Assembly (NCBI GenBank): GCA_964016885.1
Contig: OZ024746.1
Coordinates: 22,630,001 to 22,694,000, forward strand
DNA length: 64,000 nucleotides
DNA from: Eledone cirrhosa
Lineage: Eukaryota
Direction: 5' to 3'
Notes under the pieces: generated by a model
Told to the model about the DNA's origin: nothing
The model's database searches: none
The model's input: only the letters and a program-made list of their open reading frames with translations
Program-made: the position numbers and the translations under genes
In this document: piece after piece, positions 54,256-64,000 of the stretch
How the letters are laid out: each line of letters starts with the position of its first letter
Position numbering within the stretch: position 1 is the first letter of the stretch

Positions 54256-54416
54256 TGAGAACATTTCAAGTATTTTCTGTCTCTACTTATATTTTTCAGC
54301 CTCAAGATGATTACCAGGTATTATTTGAAGACACTTCTTATTCAGATGGTTACTCACCACCTTTAGGTGTTGCACAACGTTATGTTATTGCCTGCAAAGA
54401 AGAGAAGAGAAAATAG
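29092..54416 (+). CDS. SGF29: SAGA-associated factor 29 (tandem Tudor H3K4me2/3 reader); spliced CDS join(29092-29241,30257-30332,34399-34471,37353-37426,46495-46597,48103-48291,49302-49395,50240-50308,54300-54416), 314 aa
   Basis: Hand-spliced GT-AG exons are phase-consistent and total 945 nt. The translation is collinear with human SGF29 as I recall it: EERARGEHNL..KTHERMQ, PYYKNKLRGLY, RKALDKISEIKS, RRGVLMTMLQQ, PPPLCGA, GDKVAARVK, WILAE, YEVDDID, WKANPETDP, LVLALYPQTTCFYRALIH, PQDDYQVLFEDTSYSDGYSPPL.VAQRYV. Confidence 0.96.
30257..30332 (+). CDS. SGF29: SGF29 coding exon 2: EERARGEHNLSNISKTHERMQQEQR
   Basis: ttgtag acceptor, gtaag donor, homology. Confidence 0.95.
31266..31854. mobile_element. 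Long inverted repeat (arms of about 230 bp), probably derived from a Penelope-like element
   Basis: 31266-31498 is nearly the reverse complement of 31626-31854. Each arm has CTGAAGA-stem-GAAAC followed by AATAAA, as in PLE terminal repeats. Confidence 0.65.
32670..32960 (-). mobile_element. RTE-like LINE 3' fragment (different family)
   Basis: W..GHI..LP.ER..K.AM.W.P..KRKRG.PR.TWRR...DRWR. Confidence 0.75.
34399..34471 (+). CDS. SGF29: SGF29 coding exon 3: (I)TPYYKNKLRGLYNTAMQDAEAEA
   Basis: ttttcag acceptor, gtaagt donor, homology. Confidence 0.95.
34557..34900 (+). mobile_element. tRNA-headed CORE-like SINE with RTE-like tail; further copies or relatives near 2645-2888 (-), 13580-13970, 17170-17510, 48375-48710, 56975-57220 and 61768-61993
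   Basis: A box tggcttagtagtt, B box gagttcaattc, ccttgagcaagacactttatttcac core, tail ending ggacgtaaaatgatgat. Confidence 0.8.
35509..35839 (-). mobile_element. Same SINE family, inverted relative to the 34557 copy
   Basis: Reverse complement of 34560-34880 with scattered substitutions. Confidence 0.8.
37353..37426 (+). CDS. SGF29: SGF29 coding exon 4: (E)LVRKALDKISEIKSIQENRRLGKL
   Basis: tttttag acceptor, gtaatt donor, homology. Confidence 0.93.
37830..38000 (+). mobile_element. CRE-like RLE retrotransposon C-terminal fragment
   Basis: VPLAVETSGILGP...; shifted frame EPCELEWLFQRISLTI. Confidence 0.55.
38244..39348 (-). mobile_element. Non-autonomous Helitron (minus strand) containing a SINE fragment
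   Basis: Minus-strand 3' end: hairpin atacccg/cgggtat (38253-38274), then CTAG|T at 38244. The 5' TC at 39348 is tentative. Confidence 0.6.
39349..43589 (+). mobile_element. Helitron, Rep-only (helicase deleted), inside an SGF29 intron
   Basis: 3' end: hairpin ccgtcc-aat-ggacgg (43561-43575), then CTAG (43586-43589) followed by T. The candidate 5' A|TC at 39349 is less certain. Encodes a Rep ORF. Confidence 0.85.
40089..43430 (+). CDS. Helitron Rep (HUH-Y2 rolling-circle endonuclease) ORF without the Pif1 helicase; first ATG at 40227
   Basis: CVHCNA..W..E....CC zinc motif; YDALQYPL; LPSSYTGGPRYM; motif 1 DLFITFTCNPKW; motif 2 VEWQKRGLPHAH; motif 3 YICKYVHKG; LRLLL..KGPTSFEDLRTV. No Walker A seen. 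Confidence 0.9.
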   Translation: MNVRALQKAEQAELRRARNAASNSNSRALETVDQTATRLAADSQRKMCTYVFPRDSSCYWSKKGFQYNPQEDYASHPHIIIGSMSTVCVHCNAMRWPAESTGICCSNGMVTLPYLQVGAEPLNSLLLGDHPDSKHFFRNIRAYNSAFQMTSFGHTPIKDGNYMPTFKVQSQIYHQIGSLIPQDGKEHSFLQIYFMGNGPEEIARRASVAKGTTPSLLQPLQYMLHSINPYITIFKTALQRRDANNNQYKVVIRNDRAPPGQHQGCFNRPQTDEVAVIITRPHESASNRDIVIEWQDSHLQKINELHPAYDALQYPLLFPFGDDGYRIDLQKCNPVSLMHLTPEKSISQMEFYAFRLMFRKNDVNILHRTRMLLNQYCVDIFAKIDTECLQWIRHHQKELRSEEYGNLRDEVNRNDQANASDVGLSVILPSSYTGGPRYMHEKMQDALTYVRHCGRPDLFITFTCNPKWFDIQSHLLHGQNPSHRHDITSRVFHMKLIKMMNVLKYGQLFGPVRCFMYTVEWQKRGLPHAHILLWLQKKLMSTDVDSIISAELPNPQQDPSLFQIIKANMIHGPCGHLNPKSACMDNRRCTKRYPRKLINETKTGDDGYPSYRRRAPQEGGHMANITMLGGQDFTIDNRWVVPHNKVVCKMFSTHINVEFCNSVKAIQYICKYVHKGADRAVIELAKSDNPDAATDEVTCFQTGRYISSNEGFWRIFGFPIHEREPAVIHLSVHLENGQRVYFNQENMLDCARQPRRTTLTGFFEICTSDSFARTLLYAELPTFYTWNKSSRCWQRRKRGRISQRDALMRESDALSRVYTVHPLNSECFHLRLLLHVIKGPTSFEDLRTVNGHIWSTFKEACSKLGLLDNDDHALHEASMLQSPIALRKLFAVMLVYCSLGNPQSFWDKYRDSMCLDILMQSRFASTDMNLQFTHEMYNCGLIFLEDILLEMTGHPLKNYYMESPKRENEAVCNRHVLRETCYNAAKIDTECLQWIRHHQKELRSEEYGNLRDEVNRNDHANASDVGLSVILPSSYTGGPRYMHEKMQDALTYVHHCGRPDLFITFTCNPRWFDIQSHLLFVFRLLIKKITHCSTDTANDTFLYVHILMTHICK
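43725..44165 (-). mobile_element. CR1-type LINE 3' fragment (same family as 18390)
   Basis: LPYSERLASLGMDSLKLRR...WNKLP, near-identical to 18945-19270. Confidence 0.85.
44460..44967 (-). mobile_element. Non-autonomous Helitron (minus strand), 3' end degenerate
   Basis: The minus strand starts TCTATATATATAAAACTGAGGTTGTC, a typical Helitron 5' end. A degenerate hairpin with CTGG lies near 44498-44525. Confidence 0.6.
44968..45485 (-). mobile_element. Non-autonomous Helitron (minus strand) with an internal duplication of about 120 bp
   Basis: Minus-strand 5' A|TCTCCTTATAATATATAACC at 45485; 3' hairpin and CTAG at 44968; duplicated block at about 45215-45313 and 45338-45433. Confidence 0.6.
45845..46472. 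repeat. 84-bp tandem repeat (about 8 units, some shortened) next to an SGF29 acceptor
   Basis: Period 84 (46081 to 46165). Confidence 0.9.
46495..46597 (+). CDS. SGF29: SGF29 coding exon 5: (D)SDRPKPIIRRGVLMTMLQQNAVSLPLWVSKPGE
   Basis: ttttcag acceptor, gtaaat donor, homology. Confidence 0.94.
48103..48291 (+). CDS. SGF29: SGF29 coding exon 6 (Tudor 1): PPPLCGAVPADANYVGKTGDKVAARVK...YEVDDIDAEESN
   Basis: ttttatag acceptor, gtaagt donor, homology. Confidence 0.96.
49302..49395 (+). CDS. SGF29: SGF29 coding exon 7: RHSLSRRRIVPLPIWKANPETDPDALFPKET
   Basis: tttacag acceptor, gtgaga donor, homology. Confidence 0.95.
50240..50308 (+). CDS. SGF29: SGF29 coding exon 8 (Tudor 2): LVLALYPQTTCFYRALIHEPPKR
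   Basis: ttttgtag acceptor, gtactg donor, homology. Confidence 0.95.
53158..53765 (-). mobile_element. CR1-type LINE 3' fragment (same family)
   Basis: LETVLRRATK..LPYSERLASLG and the same 3' UTR. Confidence 0.85.
54300..54416 (+). CDS. SGF29: SGF29 last coding exon: PQDDYQVLFEDTSYSDGYSPPLGVAQRYVIACKEEKRK*
   Basis: tttttcag acceptor, TAG stop at 54414-54416, homology. Confidence 0.96.
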   Translation, partial: PQDDYQVLFEDTSYSDGYSPPLGVAQRYVIACKEEKRK

Positions 54417-54574
54417 AGGAATGCCTTCTATTTTCTACATTTAACAGAAAAGATCAAAATAATATATAAATTTGAATTTAATATGCTGAGTGGAAGAAAC
54501 TATCTGGATGAAGTGAACACTAAAAGCAAAAAAGGATTTGTAAAAAAAAAATTAAATGACAAACATATGCTATA

Positions 54575-54609
<35 letters not shown>

Positions 54610-57600
54610 CACACATATATACACATATACATATGTATATATATACATATACACATGTGTATATATGTATGTATATATACATATATATGTGTATGTATTA
54701 TACAAGGCTGTGCCCCAGCATGGCCACGCCACAGTCTAATGACTGAAACCAATAAAAGTTGGAATATATATATATATATACATACATACCTGATACCTGA
54801 CTAATTGTGGACAGCTATGGAGAACTACTGTGATTGGTTGCTAAGTTCTTGGACTAAATAGCAGTATTTTTTTTTTTTATTTCATTGTTTTTTTAAACAA
54901 AAGAAACTCTACTTGTTGGAAACAGCGTCCATGTTTGGGCTTTATTGCATTTTTTTCTAGATATTTTCCAAGAGTTTAACAATGAGAAGAACAAAAAAAC
55001 TGCATTGTTTCATAGGATTGACTTTTATCCTTCTATATTGCCTTCAAATGACTGATTTATCTTCCACATATCACTAAAATCTGCCATTATCCAAAATTCT
55101 TCACTCACACACACTCCCAAACATGAACATATACATATACATATGCATACAAATACATATTTTCAGATGTCATTTCTGAAAATAAAGTTGTTTAATATAT
55201 AAATAACCACCATTGTAGTTTCTTTTTCTTTGAAATACAAAAAAAAAAAAATACAATTAATAGTGCTGGTGTCATAAAATATACTTAGTACACTTTGAAA
55301 AAGGTTAGTGCTGGTGCCATAATAAAATATACTCAGTACACTGTAAAATGTTATTGCTGGTGTCATAAGATACACCCAGTACATTCTGTAAAATGTTAGT
55401 GCTGGTGTCATGATAAAATGTACTCAGTACACTCTGTAAAATGTTAGTGCTGGTGTCCTGATGAAATATAGCCAGTACACTCTGTAACATGGTATTGCTG
55501 GTGTCATGATAAAGTTTATCCCATACTTTCTGTAAAATGGTAGTCCTGGTGTCATGATACAATGCAACCAGTACAATCTTTAATGTGGTAGTTAGGTGCC
55601 AAACCAAATATATCCAGTATGCTGTAAAGTTGTTGGCATTAGTAAGAGCATCCAGCCATAGAAACCTTGCCAAATATAGAATATATGAACAAGACTTGGT
55701 CATCTGACCTGTCTTTTCTCTGAACATGACAACCTGTCCAACATACACCAGCAGAGAAAGCAGACTGGAAATGATGATGAATATATGATGTGTATGAATG
55801 ATGATCATTGGGTGAAAAAGTGCCAGGAGCTCCAAGGTAGCTGCAGAATAGGAAGATGTCAGAAAATTTGGACAAAAGTGGTGAGAACAGATCTCGGAAT
55901 ATGATCCCTCACTGAGGAGATGACAAGGAATACATGTGGAGAAGAGTTATCCAGTACATGTAAGTATTGAAAGGTGGACATAAAAATGAAGGTAAATCCT
56001 TTTTGCATAAGGAAGGACATGATATAATTTATTATTGGTGATCTAGTGAGCCTGTGCTAACCTGTTCCATGTATTAGACTCTCTTAATATGACAATGGCA
56101 CAATAGATTGGTTGATGATCAAAGACACTGAATCACAAGAAACAGTGGACTCTTTAAGTTTGTCAGAGATATGACTTCTCTTGTGCTTTTTTCATCATAA
56201 AATACACTTAACACTCACTGTTAAGTAGCTGCTATTAGGAAGTGCATCCAACCATAGAAGCCACACCAAAAATGGAACATACAAGAGAAATGTGGTCCAT
56301 CTAAGAAAGCAGTAACTTTGAATAAAAACTGACTGGGATCATGGAAAGCAAATAAATAATTATAAAAATTTTTCAGATAAGCTATTGAGATGGTAATTTC
56401 AATTTTCTGTTTTTCAAATTATCAAACTTATGAACTTTATACTATTCTATCCTATGTTGTTTTTTTGTTATATATAAAAGATATTTCAAGATATATCATA
56501 TCTTTGAAATAATTATTCAAGTGCAAAAACACCCGATGTTAAATATTAAGGAATGGAAATTAACAGATCCCAGCTCTGATATTACAGGCATGTGGTTAGA
56601 ATGTCTTAGGAAAGAATCACTGGATAGATTTAATGGGCAAAACCATCATGCAGGGGATCGAGGAGTAAGCCCCCAAGCAAGGTGGTTAAATGTCATCCAT
56701 GAGCTCAGCTGGTCTTGCTTGAGGATTCTGCCCCTGTGACCCTCCCAGGAATATGTGGGAGAAGAAATTATGGTTATTTTATTCTTGCTGTGAAGTCAAA
56801 CTAATGTCATTCATATGGAATATAATTTGTTTTGTTGTTTTTTTTTGTTTGTTTATTTGTTTATTGCAATGGCTTAAGGTAAGAAAAAAGAAAACAATAT
56901 TCACCCCCCCCCCCCCCAAAAAAAACCCCCAGTGTTTAGTAATAATACTTGAATATAATGTGAGTTATGAAAGTACGTGGCTTAGTAGTTAGAGAGTTGG
57001 ATTCACAATTGTGAGGTTGTGAGTTCGATTCCCGGAACAGGCAATGTGTTATGTCCTTGAGCAAGACACTTTATTTCATGTTGATCTTTCTGCCAGGAGT
57101 TGCAACCAATAGATAGCATTAACAATTGGAAAGACCTATGGAGACATTGTTTCCATTGGTCTGATTTGACAAGTACCATCCCACTTGGTAAGTGAATGAT
57201 GTCTGAGATCTTGTCATTCATTTAAAACTTTCCCCTACCCCCAAATAGTTGGGCTTGTACCTGAATCAGAAACTATTATTTCATTAGTAGTACTTAATTA
57301 TTGATTTATTCAAATTTTCACTTTACATAATAAGTTAGTTCATTAGTACATATGCACTAGTTCTTATCATCTCGTCAAATGGTATAAAATTCATTCTATC
57401 TAATCTCTATAATCTATCTCTATACTTGCAGTCAAAGTATGATGACATGTTATCTCATTCATCCATCATATCTTTCTGAATTTTCTATATGATATTTGAC
57501 TGTCATATTTTTAAATGTTTATGTCTGCATCCACAGATCCCATGAAAGGGTGAAAGCAGAGAGCCTGTGTTTAAACTTATAATCTGTTCAAATGATAATA

Positions 57601-58091
57601 TATATAGTGTGTGTGTGTGTGTGTGGGTGATTATACAAATTAGACAAAATGAATTTTATACCGCTTGACAAGACAAGAACTAGTGTGTGCTCGTGATGAA
57701 AAAAAACTAGTGTATATAAATACTTTTCAACTGAATACGCACGTTTTTTTTTGGTAGACCAAGAAAAACCTGTGTAGCGATGGTGAGAGCTGATCTCAAG
57801 TAGCTGAGGCTTACAGAGATGAAGGAACATGGCGTGTGGAGACAAATTGTTCTGAAAATGATGATTATGGACTCTCCAGTCCAAAGCATGAGTGTTTAAC
57901 AATCTTCTCAGTTCATTTTCTATGATTATTCATTAAATAGAATTTCAGTTCAACTGCTAATTTACACATCAAGCTGCATTTCGTGCAGATGACAGGATTT
58001 TGAACGGAGCAGGATGGAAGCTTTGTGATCTAAGACCTAACACCAAGATCTGGTCAAAGATGGAACATATATATATATATATATATTACAG

Positions 58092-58144
<53 letters not shown>

Positions 58145-61100
58145 CATATGCTGTTATATAATCAATCCCCAATCAATATTATAATTCATGAAACTAGATC
58201 ACCAAATAATTGTTGCATGTGGGGCAGGGAAAACAATTGAGGATATCCCAAACAATAAATGATAAGATTTATCTAACATAGTTATTGGGAAGTTGGTTAA
58301 TAAGCAGTTCATCCATGTATAGTGATGATAAATAAATTTATCAATGGTGTTGTGATAACAGTTTGAGTTCTGGGTCAAACAAAAGAAAACAAACACTGAT
58401 GATGAACAACAACAATGATAATCATAATGGTTTCTAATTTAAGTACAAGGATACTACTACTAATGATACTGATGATGGTTGGATTATGGACCAACAGGTG
58501 AGCTGTGTTTGAAATCTCTTGGTTTGATATATATTTTTTAAAAACACCCCTATTTTGGCAGCTTCAACTGAAATACTCTAATTAAATCATGTTTATACAG
58601 TTAGTAATAAATGTCACGTTTATTGTTATTGACACACACCAAGTCTCTCCCTCTCTCTCTCTCTATATATATATATACACACACACACAGAAGGAGAGAG
58701 AGAGTTCACGTGTATGTTTATTTCCCAGTGTTAATTTTTATCCTTGTTACATGTGTTATCATTATGCAGTCCTACTCGTGGAAAGTTCCTTTATTCCTCT
58801 CCATATTTCTATTCATTTCACTCTCTCCCTGAAACTTCTTTTGCGTTTCTATTTCTTATTTTTTTTACTGTTTTTGTCACCTATATATATATAGGGAGAC
58901 ACAGGACAAAGACAAATATAAAAATGTACTGTCCCATCCCCCCAGTCAACCTCCAGAAATCACTAGTTTCGGTTCATCAAAGTCGATACAATTCATTCCA
59001 GTACACACTGGGACACGAGAAAAAATATCTGTTATTCCTTATCATTAATATAAAAAATAATAGTCATATAGTTATTTTAAATTTCTTTTACCCAAAATCT
59101 TTTAGAGAAGGTTCTCAAATTTCATATAGCTTAGGGCCAAAGCAGGTGAAAGTCCAGCCCTGTGTAGAGTTCCTCCTCTCTGTCTTATTCTTTTTTTATT
59201 TATTTCCTCAATGTATTATTTATAAGGTATGTAGTGAGGTTTTGTCAAACGACTGTATAAATTATTAAGGTATTTTGTTTTCAAATAAATTTTTTTTTAA
59301 ATGTTTTTTTTTTTATTTTCCAATATTTTTTAAAGTTATAAATTCTAAATAAATAGTTCATTTCGAATTTTCAAAAGTTTAATTTGGAAGGAAAAAAATA
59401 AAAAATAAAAAAGACTTGAGGGCTTCCTAGCTATTCTCCTAATGAGATTCAAATTTAAAAAAAGTTTTGTGAGGTGGAAAGAAGAAAAGGAAGAAAATAT
59501 GAACTGTACACAATGAAGGGAAAGAGTCCAGGTTGAGAAAGGAGGGGGAGAGAAGAAAATGATAGCAACGAGTAATGAGAAAAATTTTGCTTATATCATC
59601 ATAGTTATCATTTGACAACTTTCCATGCTAGTATTGGTTGGACAGATTGTCATAGGCTTAGAGCTACTTCATCTAGCTCATACATTTCATATTTGACATG
59701 GTTCCTACTGCTGGATACTTTTGCTAATGCTATCTGCCTTACAGAGTGTATTGAGGACGTCACCTCTTACCACTTATTTACTGTCTGTCTGTGTATGTAT
59801 ATATATATAATGATTTAACATGTTGATTTAACACTTCACTGCTCGCAAGTGTTTTTTAAGCTTCATATCAGGTCTCCCTATTTTATCTGATGAGAATGCA
59901 AATATCATCCCATGATATTTGTTTTTGAAATCATCATCATCATCATCGTTTAATGTCCATCTTCCACGCTTGGATGGGTTTGGACGGGAGTTTTCCCACT
60001 TGAGGCAAGATTGGTTGTCTTGCTGGTATAGGACTGTCTGGTGGGTTTTCTATGGCTGGATGCCCTTACCATTTAGTCAGGGAGGGACAATGCCCATGAT
60101 ACTTCCCACCCTTCCATCACTGAGACTTATACTTCAAATTACTAGTTAAACTAAAGTTGAATAGCTCTTGAGTGTAACAGATTTATTTATATTTACATGT
60201 ATAGATATTTCAACTCTACTCAATGGGGTGTCTTAAAGGATTTGATTGTTTTATGTTTTTAGAATCAGGTGATGGATTCAAGGGCTATACTGAAAAAAGG
60301 TTTCTCAGCATGAGTAGGAAAAAGAAAGGAAAGGAGCCAATCCTCAGTTCAATCCAAGGAAACTTTTTCCATTGATCTTTCCATTGCTAAAACTGTCTGC
60401 CAACAGTGACTCTAATATCTGAAGGTGTAACTTTATTTTTAAAAAGGTAGGAAGATGGGAGTTAAAATCTATATTAAAATCAAAAGCAAAGAGAGGGTTA
60501 AAGGGAAAATGTTAATTTAAAAAAAATAGGTTATTTAAATAAATCCTGGTCTAAACTGAATATAATTTTAGTAGAAGTGATTTCAGGTAAAAGAATAATT
60601 GTATGCCTTTGGGTAAAATGTTCTAATTTTATTCAAAATGAAAGCCATATTTCTAATAAAATACATTGCCTATAATTTTCAAATAATTTCGAAAATAAAT
60701 GCGAATTTGGAGGGGCTTAGTAATATAGCTAAATTTCTCGTTATTACGCTGGTGTTTGAAACATAACTTAACAAAGATTCTTACATTGAATTATGTTGGA
60801 AGGTTTTTTTGGATAACTCTTTCATTAGCATATTTTTAATGAAAGACACTGCCTATGATTTTCGAAGAATTTTTAAAATAATCAAAATGCTGGAGGGTTT
60901 TTTGTAATAAAACTCACTTTCTCATTACCAGGTCAACCTTGTCTTTAATCTTCCTAGTGTTGATAAAATAAAGTACTATGGTCAATATAATCGACTTTCC
61001 CCATCTACCAACTATCTGGTCTTGTGCCAATGTTAGAAAGAGTTATCAAATATAAATGGTTTAAAACAAAATATTTTGTATTGTAGAACCAAGGTTGGTT

Positions 61101-61732
61101 CCATGCAGTTTGGTATGGAAAAGGCTTAACTTGTAAACCAGACAGATTTTTATGAGCAAAATCAACCAGAAGTAGACCCCGAGCAAGATGGTTGGATAAC
61201 ATCCATGAGCTTGACTGGTCTCACTTGGGGATCCAGCTGGATCAGTTGGAGACGGGTGCTTTTGACAGGAACTGCTGGAAAGAGTATTTGAGGACTCTGC
61301 CCCCGCTACCCTCTCAGGAATATGTGGGTAAAGAAGAAGTAGACCCACATCTTGCCATAAATCTTCTTTAATATTAGGAAATATTACTTTAAGATTATGT
61401 AAAAGAACAGACCTATGAAGTCGCTTATTTCAAGTTAGACGTTACTGTCCATACATCAAATGAGGAATTAAACATTTAAAAAAATCCAGATAGAATTTTA
61501 GTTGTTTACAATCATTTTATGTCTGTGAGCGATGATGTCCGAACCTTCAAGGCTGTTGTTTGATTTGGTATGGTTAAGGTTAATGAATACAGCTAGTATG
61601 ACAGAAGGGCTGCATTCTTTCATGTTGAATTGTAAATTTACAAATGAGAGAAAGAAAAGGAATAAAATGCATCAAGTATTCAACCCATCAGATTCTAACA
61701 CACACACACACATGTATATGTATATATGTATA

Positions 61733-61767
<35 letters not shown>

Positions 61768-61992
61768 CACATTGCTCTAGTTTACTCAGCTGTAGAAATG
61801 AGATGATAGGGACTGGGGTCCCTATCATTCCACTGCAAAGTGGTCATGGAGGTGCCACAGCAAAAAAAACACCCAGCACTCACTGTAAATGAGGTTGGTG
61901 TTAGGAAGGGCATCCAGCTGTAGAAATCAAGCGAGAATCAGTTCCCGTCCCACCCTTGCAAGCAGGGAAAAGTGGACATAAAATGATGATGA

Positions 61993-62031
<39 letters not shown>

Positions 62032-62267
62032 ATATATATGTATTAAAAACAGGAGTTTATGGTTATATTACTTCCTCCTCTTACTAAAATATACAACCAC
62101 TCCTGCACGCACACCTGTCCAATATCCGCACACATTTACACAAGTCATAACATGTGGCATATTAATGTAATCATGATCACACACATATGTATGTTTGTAC
62201 ATGTATTTATTTCTCCCCCCCCTTTCTCTTTCTCTCTCTCTCTCTATAAAGAGAGACACACATATAG

Positions 62268-64000
62268 GACGGAGACATCGTTATGCTAGCAGGAGACTTC
62301 AATGGTCATGTTGGACAGCTCCAGGATGGTTACACTGGGGTACATGGTGGGCACAGTTACGGTTCAAGAAATGAAGAAGGAGTGAGACTTCTTGAATTTT
62401 GTGATGCGAGTACATTGACTATTTGCAACACAAACTTCCAGAAACCTGCCAATCACCTAATAACCTACAAATCTGGTGAGCACATAAGCCAGATTGACTT
62501 CCTGCTAGTTAGGCAGCGGGACAGGCAGATAGTGTCTAATACCAAGGCATACCCTGGGGAAGAATGTACCCCACAGCATAGGTTAGTTGTTAGTGATATC
62601 TCAGTAAGCAAGAGATGGAATGAGACATATAGGAAGGTGTGGAGAAGAAAGGTCTGGAAGCTAAAAGACCTTTCACTAAAATACAAATTTAGGAAAGCCC
62701 TTCAAGATGTATATGACGAAAAAGAAGACGATTTAGAGACGTATTACATAGATAATAACTGTAAGTTCTTACGTGACAACTTGCTGCAGGCTACTGATGA
62801 AACCTGTGGCTGGAGCAGAGCTCCAACCAGACAGAGAGTGACCTGGTGGTGGAACAGCACAGTAGATAAGGCTATTAGAGACAAAAGACTAGCATGGAAG
62901 GCTTGGAAAAAGGGTGGGAGTAGGGAAGAATATACAGCCACTAAGAGAGAAGCTAGACGTCAGGTGTACTTAGCACACAGGGAGGCAGAGAGTAGGAGGT
63001 TTGCCAATGTTCTGCGATGGGAAGATCAGAGGCGTGCGGTGTTCCACATTGCAAGGCAGTGTGTCAATGCAAATCAGGATGTTGTTGGAGATAAATGTGT
63101 CCGGGATGATGCCGGTGTACTTAGTGTCACGAATGACCAGAAAAAGGAGGCCTGGAAATGTCATTATGAGAGACTGATGAATGTGGAGAACGAATGGGAG
63201 AGAGAGAAATTACCCTTGGTAGATCCGACAGAGGGACCAGCTATTGAGATTGACGAATATAGGGTCCAAGAGGCGATTAGGGAAATGAAAAATGGTAAGG
63301 CGGCCGGACCATCGGGAATAGTTGCTGAGATGCTGAAGGCATCAGGGGACGTAGGCACTAAACTGGTTGCACGCATCATCAATCAGGCTATATATGGTGG
63401 TGTCATACCCAAAGACTGGTGCAGCAGTATTCTCATAAATTGCTACAAAGGTAAAGGGGATGCTTTGGAGAGGAGCAATTATAGGGGTATAAAACTGATA
63501 GATCAGGTTATGAAAGTGGCAGAAAGGATTTTAGCACAACTAATTAGAGAAAGGGTCAAACTAGATGAGATGCAGTTTGGTTTTGTGCCTGGGAAGAGTA
63601 CAACAGATGCCCTCTTCTTGGTGAGACAAATGCAAGAGAGATTCTTAGAGAAGAATAAGCCACTATACTTAGCCTTTGTTGACCTAGAGAAGGCCTTTGA
63701 TAGGGTACTCCGATCTGTCATCTGGTGGTCCCTAAGGAAGCTAGGTGTTGAGGAATGGCTTGTGAGGACAGTGCAAACTTTGTACAGAGGTACTCTCAGT
63801 AAAGTCAGGTTAGGAATGGAGTTTAGTGAGGAATTCCAGATACAAGTAGGAGTACATCAGGGTTCGGTCCTCAGCCCGCTCTTGTTCATTATAGTCCTCC
63901 AAGCCATAACAGAGGAGTTTAAGACTGGCTGTCCATGGGAACTTCTCTATGCTGACGATCTGGCTCTTATAGCAGAATCAGTAGAGGAGCTAGAGAATAA
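62268..64000 (+). mobile_element. RTE-clade LINE, 5'-truncated within the APE endonuclease; open reading frame continues past the window end
   Basis: Hand translation from 62268 shows no stop to 64000: AGDFNGHVG, RNEEG, CNTNF, SQIDFLL, QHRLVV (APE); TWWWN; GKAAGPSG, YRGIKL, QFGF, FVDLEKAFD, GVHQGSVLSPLLF, LYADD (RT). Confidence 0.93.

Overview
AT-rich, microsatellite- and transposon-dense eukaryotic DNA. The SINE/LINE repertoire suggests a cephalopod, probably Octopus (inference). One host gene can be rebuilt by hand: SGF29/CCDC101, the SAGA/ATAC tandem-Tudor H3K4me3 reader. It is on the + strand, with 9 coding exons from 29092 to 54416 (945 nt, 314 aa), all GT-AG with consistent phases. Mobile elements include an apparently intact R4/Dong-clade RLE retrotransposon in a (TAA)n tract (ORF 8089-11481), a decayed second R4-like copy, and an uninterrupted but 5'-truncated RTE ORF running off the window end. 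There are also CR1, RTE and CRE-like fragments, tRNA-derived SINEs, mariner-type MITEs and several minisatellites. A cluster of about four Helitron units lies in one SGF29 intron, including a Rep-only element whose helicase is replaced in frame by an internal duplication. Most notable: (1) the SGF29 N-terminus, (M)GRTK, mimics the histone H3 tail (M)ARTK that its own Tudor domains read; (2) the helicase-less Helitron and its unusual junctions; (3) a Penelope-like inverted repeat with a hammerhead-like core in each arm. No database search or folding computation was run.
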